Assembly: GCA_913043225.1 (NCBI GenBank) | Contig: CAJWLU010000017.1 | Span: forward strand, 1 to 64,000 | Source of the DNA: an uncultured Acidobacteriota bacterium | GTDB lineage: Bacteria > Acidobacteriota > Vicinamibacteria > Vicinamibacterales > UBA8438 | Direction: 5' to 3' | DNA length: 64,000 bases | Shown: piece by piece, positions 58,127 to 64,000 of the stretch | Position numbering within the stretch: position 1 is the stretch's first letter | How the letters are laid out: each line of letters begins with the position of its first letter | Notes under the pieces: generated by a model | The model's input: only the letters and a program-made list of their open reading frames with translations | The model's database searches: none | Told to the model about the DNA's origin: nothing | Made by a program: the position numbers and the translations under genes

Positions 58127-59959
58127 CTACTCTAGCCCGAAGGCCAGGAGCACGTTGCCGCCCATCATGCCAAAGGTAGAGTAGCCGGAGACGACGAATA
58201 CCATCCCGTCGACGACGGTGGGGCCGGGACCGTTGATCGCGCCACCCTTCGCCTCCACGCCGTTAACGGTCTGGAACGACCGTCCGGTATCGACGTCCCA
58301 GATGATCCGGCCGTCCTCGACGTCGTGAGCACGCAGGTGCCCATCTAGACTGCCGGCGAACGCGACGCCGGGAATCACGGTCGCGGCGGCGGGTTGCGCG
58401 GTGTGGCAGCCTTCCCGCCCGCCACAGGTGTCCTGCACCGGCGGCGCATGCCAGACCACCGCACCATCGTCTACGCGGACCGCGGTGACCCCGCCGGCCT
58501 CGCCCGGCGGGCGCTCCAGGGCATCCGAGAGGGAGAGATACACCTGCTCACCGTCGGTGGCGAAGCCCCACTCGATTCCGCCCAGCAGTCCGCCTTCGGA
58601 GACCCGCGTGCTCCACACCAGCGAGCCATCTTCGGGTCGCATGGCATGAAGCACCCCGGACTTCTGTCCTGCCAAAACGAGCCCGTTTCCCGACGCGTCA
58701 GTGACGAGGGCCGGCGAGCTGCCGTAGTCGACGTCCGGTCCGTCGGACTCTGGACAGTTGGCGCGAGCGATCGGGTTGTCGGACGAGCAGCCGAGATTGA
58801 ACGCGTCGCCCTCAGTCGTCTGGGTGACCCATCGCACCTCACCGGTGTCCATGGCCAGGGCTACGATCGCATCGCTTTCCGGCGCTGGTGGATCGGAATA
58901 GGCGTCGCCGGTCGCTACGTAGAGCAGGCCGCGATCCGGATCGAGAGTTGGCGCAGACCAGATCGCGGCGCCGGAGGGGCCGTAGTTCTGGGCTCCGATG
59001 GCATTGGTGACCGTCGGCTGAGGTTCCTGCTCCACGACGTAGGTCTTCCACCGACGTTCGCCGTTTGCTGCGTCTAGGGCGACCACGCTTCCGCGGAAGG
59101 TGCAGCACTCGTAGCGCGGATCCGCAGCCGAGACCTCCTCTAGTGAGGACACCGGAACGTAGAGCGTGCCGTCGTGCAGGGTGGGTGCGCCCGTGAGCAC
59201 AGCGGCAGGGTGATCCTCTATCCTCGCCGACCAGCGCAACTCACCAGTGGCCACGTCTACCGCATGGGTTGAGGCCAGCGAATCGCCGAAGTAGGCGGTG
59301 AAGCCGCCCTCGGCGTGCGGACCCACTGAAACGGCGGTACGCACCCCACCGGGCGCCTCGTGGGTCCAGTAGACGCACCCGGTGTCGGCATCGAGCGCAT
59401 AGACCAACCCGGTGCGAGTGCCCACCAACACCCGGCCATCGACGATCGTGGGCTGGCTGCCGGCGGCCGACACGTTGGGGAAGCCGAAGGCCCATTTAAG
59501 TGTCAGATGTTCGACGTCACTAGCAGTCAGGCCGGCGGCGTCGGCGGTCTGGAAGCGACGGTTCTCGAGGCCCGCGCCCCATCCATTCCAGGTCGCTCGA
59601 GAGAGATCCAGTCGTGGCGGTTCGTCGACGCAGTAGGCGGATGCGGGAAACTCGGGCGTCGCATCGGTCAAGGTGCCGGGCGGGTCGCCAGCCAAGAACT
59701 CGGCCACCGCCCGGCGTTCTGCTGCCGTCAGCAGTGCGCCGAACTGCCGCATGACCCCGTTCGTGATGGCCAGGGCGATGTCGCTTGCCTCTCGCTCGGC
59801 CAGCGCATCGCGCGTCGGCATCCGCGGCAGCGTATCGCTATGGCACCGCTCGCAGTGGGCGGCATAGACGTCCGCGCCGTCGGGGGCTTGTTGCGCCCAG
59901 GCCGATGTGCCAGAGAGTAAGAGCCAGAAGCCAAGGGACAGGCACGCGGCGTTTCGCAT
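58127..59959 (-). CDS. Quinohemoprotein: N-terminal cytochrome c plus PQQ beta-propeller (PVA dehydrogenase-like)
   Basis: Signal peptide, CERCH heme motif, LKWAF, YECCTFRG, SGAAIWS.P and GQKSG. Start at ATG 59959. Confidence 0.9.
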   Translation of the reverse strand: MRNAACLSLGFWLLLSGTSAWAQQAPDGADVYAAHCERCHSDTLPRMPTRDALAEREASDIALAITNGVMRQFGALLTAAERRAVAEFLAGDPPGTLTDATPEFPASAYCVDEPPRLDLSRATWNGWGAGLENRRFQTADAAGLTASDVEHLTLKWAFGFPNVSAAGSQPTIVDGRVLVGTRTGLVYALDADTGCVYWTHEAPGGVRTAVSVGPHAEGGFTAYFGDSLASTHAVDVATGELRWSARIEDHPAAVLTGAPTLHDGTLYVPVSSLEEVSAADPRYECCTFRGSVVALDAANGERRWKTYVVEQEPQPTVTNAIGAQNYGPSGAAIWSAPTLDPDRGLLYVATGDAYSDPPAPESDAIVALAMDTGEVRWVTQTTEGDAFNLGCSSDNPIARANCPESDGPDVDYGSSPALVTDASGNGLVLAGQKSGVLHAMRPEDGSLVWSTRVSEGGLLGGIEWGFATDGEQVYLSLSDALERPPGEAGGVTAVRVDDGAVVWHAPPVQDTCGGREGCHTAQPAAATVIPGVAFAGSLDGHLRAHDVEDGRIIWDVDTGRSFQTVNGVEAKGGAINGPGPTVVDGMVFVVSGYSTFGMMGGNVLLAFGLE

Positions 59960-60011
59960 CGATATACCTCGTTCGCAGTTCGGTCTACACTGGGGTTCTA
60001 GGAGTGTGCCC

Positions 60012-60527
60012 ATGAGGAACGGCATTTTTGCACGGATCTACGCCCGCCGACCCGTGATTGTTCACCGGCTCTGTGCGCTGGCTCTGATTGTTATCGGGAG
60101 CCTCGCGGTGGCCAGTTCGGCGAGTGCTCAGGACGCGGACCGTGAACACGAGGCGGCGGCGCGGACGGCGCTCGAGGAGTACTTCCGGGCGTGGAACGCC
60201 GGCGACAACGATGCCGTTGCCGCCGTCAGCAACTTCCCGCGGCTCAGCTTGGGCCAGAACGGCCAGGTCGTGGTGCGAGAGACGCCCGAAGATATCGTCA
60301 CCGACTTCGAGGCGCTGCGACAGACCGGCTGGGATCACTCGACCCTCGACTTGGCCGAAGCGGTGCAGGTAGCAGCCGATAAGGTGCATTTTCGCATCGT
60401 CTTCAGTCGGCACACCGCCGGTGGCAGTCCCTATTCGACGGTGCCAGCCCTCTACGTCGTGACGAACCAGAACGGGCACTGGGGACTGCAACTCCAGTCG
60501 ATCCTGCCCGCGACGTTCACCCGGTAG
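60012..60527 (+). CDS. Exported NTF2/SnoaL-like protein
   Basis: Signal peptide (ASA-Q); YFRAWNAGD, GWDHS, DKVH and VT.QNGHWG. Start uncertain. Confidence 0.65.
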   Translation: MRNGIFARIYARRPVIVHRLCALALIVIGSLAVASSASAQDADREHEAAARTALEEYFRAWNAGDNDAVAAVSNFPRLSLGQNGQVVVRETPEDIVTDFEALRQTGWDHSTLDLAEAVQVAADKVHFRIVFSRHTAGGSPYSTVPALYVVTNQNGHWGLQLQSILPATFTR

Positions 60528-60545
60528 ACGCTATCGAGTCGGCAT

Positions 60546-60983
60546 TTAGCCACCGCGCCCGGCCGGTAGCTCCCTGGCGACCATGACCTCGGTGGCCTTG
60601 ACCAGCGCGGTGGCTTCATCGCCGCGCTTGAGGCCCAGTTCGTCGAGGGCATCACGGGTGATGACCGCAGTTAGGGTCTGGTCGCCGATGCGCAGTCGCA
60701 CCTGCGCCACGAGCCCTTCGCGTCGCACTTCGTCCACCACCCCGCGTAATCGATTCCTGCCGCTGACGAGCATCATGACGCCGCCCGGTCGCTCACGCCG
60801 CGCGCGTCGTCTGGTCGGACGCCCCGACTTGGCCTGCAGCCGCTCCACTTCGGACTCGGTGATCCGGTGATGTCCGCCCTCGGTCAGGGTGGTGCGGACA
60901 CTGCCGCTGTAGATCCATTGCTTCAGTGTCGAGTAGCCGACGCCAAGCCGGTCCGCGGCCTGGCGAACGGTCAGGCGAGCCAT
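60546..60983 (-). CDS. Molybdate-responsive regulator: excisionase/MerR-like HTH plus TOBE (Mop) domain
   Basis: LTVRQAA..LGV...TLKQWI and T.GGHHRI; SGRNRLRG and A.VKATEV; divergent from modA. Confidence 0.9.
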   Translation of the reverse strand: MARLTVRQAADRLGVGYSTLKQWIYSGSVRTTLTEGGHHRITESEVERLQAKSGRPTRRRARRERPGGVMMLVSGRNRLRGVVDEVRREGLVAQVRLRIGDQTLTAVITRDALDELGLKRGDEATALVKATEVMVARELPAGRGG

Positions 60984-61030
60984 TGGTCCTCACCTCGAAG
61001 ACGGGAGTGTAGGGAAGTCTGCATAGGTCT

Positions 61031-61078
61031 ATAATCAACTAAAATCATTTTGATAATCGATTCTAATCATACTAAATT
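61031..61078. promoter_or_regulatory. AT-rich divergent promoter region with phased AATC repeats
   Basis: AATC at 61033, 61043, 61055 and 61065; AATT at 61075. Confidence 0.55.
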
Positions 61079-61087
61079 GGTCTGTTA

Positions 61088-61867
61088 ATGAGGTTTAAAT
61101 GGCTCGCCGCCATCGTAGGCTTGACCCTGAGCGGGTGCCAGGGAGTGGACGAGGCGGACGTCGGAGCCGAGGGGCCCCTCGTGGTGTCCGTAGCCGCTAG
61201 TCTAACGTCGGTCATGGAGCCGCTCGCGGCCTCCTACCGTCTGTCGGGCGGGGCGCTGGTCGAGCTCAACTTCGCCGCATCCAGTGTCCTGGCTGCTCAG
61301 ATCGTCAATGGTGCGCCGGTGGACCTGTTCATTAGCGCCGACCGATTCCAGATGGAGCGGGTTGTCGCTGCCGGTCGGGTTGCCGATCCAGGTCCAGTCG
61401 ATCTGTTGTCGAACCGTCTGGCATTCGTCGCACCGGCCGGGAGCACGCTGGCGGTCGCCGCTCCGGCAGACCTCCTTGAGGTCGCCGCGGCGCGGATCGC
61501 CATCGCCGATCCGTCCGCCGTGCCGGCGGGCGTGTATGCGCGCGCCTATCTCAAGACGGAGGGGTTGTGGAACCTCCTCGCGCCCCGACTCTTTCCCACC
61601 CAGAATGTTCGGGCCGCGCTGGCTACGGTCGAGGCTGGCGACGCCGACGTCGGCATCGTGTATGACACCGATGCCCGGTCGACCTCGCGGGTGACCACGC
61701 TTTTCGTGGTCCCTGCGTCTAGGGGGCCCCAGATCACCTATCCGGCAGCGGTGCTGACCGACTCGGCGATGGTCGCTGACGCACGTCGTTTCCTGGACTA
61801 TTTGTCCGGCGAGGCCGGCCGTCGGGTATTCGAGGCGGCCGGGTTCGGCCTGACGGAGCGTCACTGA
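61088..61867 (+). CDS. modA: Molybdate ABC transporter substrate-binding lipoprotein
   Basis: Lipobox LSGC; AASL, FAASS.LA.QI..GAP.D.FISA, VPAG.YA, NVRAAL and GIVY.TD. Confidence 0.93.
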   Translation: MRFKWLAAIVGLTLSGCQGVDEADVGAEGPLVVSVAASLTSVMEPLAASYRLSGGALVELNFAASSVLAAQIVNGAPVDLFISADRFQMERVVAAGRVADPGPVDLLSNRLAFVAPAGSTLAVAAPADLLEVAAARIAIADPSAVPAGVYARAYLKTEGLWNLLAPRLFPTQNVRAALATVEAGDADVGIVYDTDARSTSRVTTLFVVPASRGPQITYPAAVLTDSAMVADARRFLDYLSGEAGRRVFEAAGFGLTERH

Positions 61868-61868
61868 G

Positions 61869-62543
61869 ATGTCCGGGGATTTGCTCCTGATCTCGGCTCG
61901 CACGGTCGGCCTTGCCGCGCTGGCCACCGCCCTCATGCTGCCCCCTGGGATCGCGTTGGCCTGGCTGCTGGCGCGACGGCGATTCCCTGGGCAGGCCCTG
62001 GTTGAGACCCTCGTTTCGCTGCCACTAGTGCTGCCTCCGGTGGCCACGGGTTTGGTGTTGCTGCAGTTGCTGGGTCGACGTGGGCCGCTCGGGTCGCTGC
62101 TTTCCGATTTTGGCGTGGAGGTGCTGTTCACCTGGAAGGCGGTGGTAGTCGCGATGGCCGTGATGGGGCTGCCGCTCTTGGTCCGGTCGGCCCGGGCCGG
62201 CTTCGAGCAGATCGACCGTCGCTACGAGCAGATCGCCGCCACGCTAGGCGCACCGCCCCTCCGGGTGTTCTTGAGCGTGAGCCTGCCGCTTTGCCGACGG
62301 GGCGTGCTCGCCGGCGCACTGCTTGGCTTCTCCCGCGCGTTGGGTGAGTTCGGCGCCACCATTCTGGTGGCCGGTTCGCTCCCGAGTACCAGAACGATCG
62401 CGGTTGGCATCTACAACGCAACCGTCATCGGCGATGACGCGACTGCGTTCAGCCTGCTGTTGGTATCGGCCGGACTGGCCTTCGGCGCCTTGTTTCTTGC
62501 CAATCGCTTCACCACCCAGAGCACCCCCGTCGGACCTTCTTGA
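61869..62543 (+). CDS. modB: Molybdate ABC transporter permease
   Basis: LPLVLPPVATG..LL and FSRALGEFGAT. Confidence 0.94.
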   Translation: MSGDLLLISARTVGLAALATALMLPPGIALAWLLARRRFPGQALVETLVSLPLVLPPVATGLVLLQLLGRRGPLGSLLSDFGVEVLFTWKAVVVAMAVMGLPLLVRSARAGFEQIDRRYEQIAATLGAPPLRVFLSVSLPLCRRGVLAGALLGFSRALGEFGATILVAGSLPSTRTIAVGIYNATVIGDDATAFSLLLVSAGLAFGALFLANRFTTQSTPVGPS

Positions 62544-62557
62544 AGGACGGTTCACTG

Positions 62558-63208
62558 ATGTCGTCGACCATCACGCTCGACTTCGTCCTGCGCCAGGGTG
62601 CCTTTTCGCTCGAAGTGCGAGAGCGTTTGGAGGCAAGGGTGGTGGCGCTGTTCGGGCCGTCGGGGGCTGGCAAGACGACCGTGCTGGAGTCGATCGCCGG
62701 GTTGCGGCGGCCCGACGAAGGCGTGATTGAGATCGGCTCTGATCGACTGGTCGACACCTCGATCGGGCTGGCGCTGCCGCCGCACCAGCGGAGGGTCGGC
62801 TACGTCCCGCAGGATCTCGCCCTGTTTCCGCATTTGGACGTGCGTCGCAACATCCTTTTTTCCGCCGTCGACGGGGCTGGTCCAGACTTCGACGCCGTCG
62901 TGGCGCTGCTGGAGATCGGCGAGATGCTCGTGCGAGAGGTGGGTGAGCTGTCTGGCGGCGAGCGCCAGCGGGTGGCGTTGGCCCGGGCGCTGGTGGCTGC
63001 CCCCGCGCTGCTTCTGTTGGACGAGCCGCTGGCCGCGCTCGATCGGCCCCTGCGCGAGCGGGTGTTGCCGTATCTGATCCGGATCCGAGATGAGTTCTCG
63101 ATCCCGATGATCTACGTGTCGCACGACCCCGTTGAGGTGAACGCCATCGCCGACTGGGTCCTGGTGCTCGACCAGGGGCGTGTCGTGCGCCGTGGCCCCA
63201 CTGCCTGA
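62558..63208 (+). CDS. modC: Molybdate ABC transporter ATPase (short, no TOBE domain)
   Basis: GPSGAGKT, GYVPQD..LFPH, LSGGERQR, LLDEP and YVSHD. Confidence 0.9.
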   Translation: MSSTITLDFVLRQGAFSLEVRERLEARVVALFGPSGAGKTTVLESIAGLRRPDEGVIEIGSDRLVDTSIGLALPPHQRRVGYVPQDLALFPHLDVRRNILFSAVDGAGPDFDAVVALLEIGEMLVREVGELSGGERQRVALARALVAAPALLLLDEPLAALDRPLRERVLPYLIRIRDEFSIPMIYVSHDPVEVNAIADWVLVLDQGRVVRRGPTA

Positions 63209-63218
63209 CGAAGCACGA

Positions 63219-63983
63219 CTACACGATTGCCCGAACCATCAGGTAGAGCAATGAAGGTGCCAGCAGGCAGCCCATGCCGGTGTAGAAGGTCGCGGTCATG
63301 GCGCCATATGGGACGAGTTTGGGATCGGTGGCAGCCAGGCCGCCAGCGACGCCACTCGTAGTGCCCATAAGACCGCCGTAGATCAACGCCGAGTGCGGGT
63401 TGTTGAGCCCGATTCGGCCGGCGACGAAGGGGGTGCCGATCATGACCAGCACCGACTTGGTTAGCCCGGCCGCGACGCTGAGCGCGATCACGTCGCTGCC
63501 CGCGCCCAGCGCGGTGCCGGTTACCGGTCCTACGATGTAGGTGGCCGCGCCAGCACCAATCGTCGTCAGTTCGATCGCGTCGGTGTAGCCGAAGGCTAAG
63601 GCGACGATAACGCCAATTACGAACGACAGCGCCACGCCAATTACGATCGAGAACGCGCCGATAACGCCAGCGCTCTTCAGCGCTCGGATATCGGCGCCGA
63701 AGGCGGTGGCCACGATGGCGAAGTCGCGGAACATGGCTCCGCCCATCAGACCCACGCCAGCCAGCAGCGGGAAGTCTGAGAGACCGCGGCTGCCGCCGGT
63801 AGCGACACCGCCGTACCAGGCGAGGACCAGACCCAGGGCGATGGCGATCGCCGAGCCATGCACCTTCCCCCGGGTTAGGTTGCCGGAGACCCAATAGGAC
63901 ACCCAGACCAGACCGCCGACGAACATGAAGGCGGTGATCAGCCCGTTCGTTTCCAGGACACGCTGCAGGGTCTCAAGAATCAT
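63219..63983 (-). CDS. madM: Malonate transporter subunit MadM
   Basis: HGSAIAI.LGL, GLMGGAMFRDFAIVATAFG, GGLMGTTSGV and LVPYGAMTATFYTG. Confidence 0.92.
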   Translation of the reverse strand: MILETLQRVLETNGLITAFMFVGGLVWVSYWVSGNLTRGKVHGSAIAIALGLVLAWYGGVATGGSRGLSDFPLLAGVGLMGGAMFRDFAIVATAFGADIRALKSAGVIGAFSIVIGVALSFVIGVIVALAFGYTDAIELTTIGAGAATYIVGPVTGTALGAGSDVIALSVAAGLTKSVLVMIGTPFVAGRIGLNNPHSALIYGGLMGTTSGVAGGLAATDPKLVPYGAMTATFYTGMGCLLAPSLLYLMVRAIV

Positions 63984-64000
63984 CGCGAGGCTCCCGCCCG

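Noticed and set aside
60546..60983. Phage excisionase / prophage boundary
   Set aside because: The HTH is fused to a TOBE domain and faces modABC. No integrase or att site was seen.
1..64000. CRISPR arrays, tRNA/rRNA, IS elements, defence systems
   Set aside because: No regularly spaced repeats, cloverleaf or rRNA signatures, transposases or defence domains were seen by eye. Tool scans were not run.

Overview
High-GC bacterial chromosomal window of about 55 mostly housekeeping and cell-envelope genes. The protein families and signal-peptide style suggest Acidobacteriota (Vicinamibacteria-like); this is inference. Contents: two PQQ beta-propeller dehydrogenases, hflK-hflC plus a CNNM gene, gltX-glnS, a PsrA-like TetR/OMF/MFP/RND efflux operon, divergent DPP IV and DPP III peptidases, bshB1-bshA plus a PIG-L protein, a SigK/RskA-like pair flanked by two decayed genes, a hisI-G-D-B-H-F-A operon, a TonB receptor cluster, modABC with a regulator, and madM. 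No tRNA, rRNA, CRISPR array or mobile element was seen. Best-supported discovery: a complete ribosome-dependent histidine attenuator missed by the ORF track (promoter, 24-aa leader with HHHVHH, competing hairpins, U-tract terminator). Best candidates for new systems: (1) a four-gene PQQ-cytochrome c / His-rich propeller / Ig-like lipoprotein / LutH-like TonB receptor module; (2) an RND adaptor fused to two TolB-N-like domains. Family calls come from motif recognition, not database searches.
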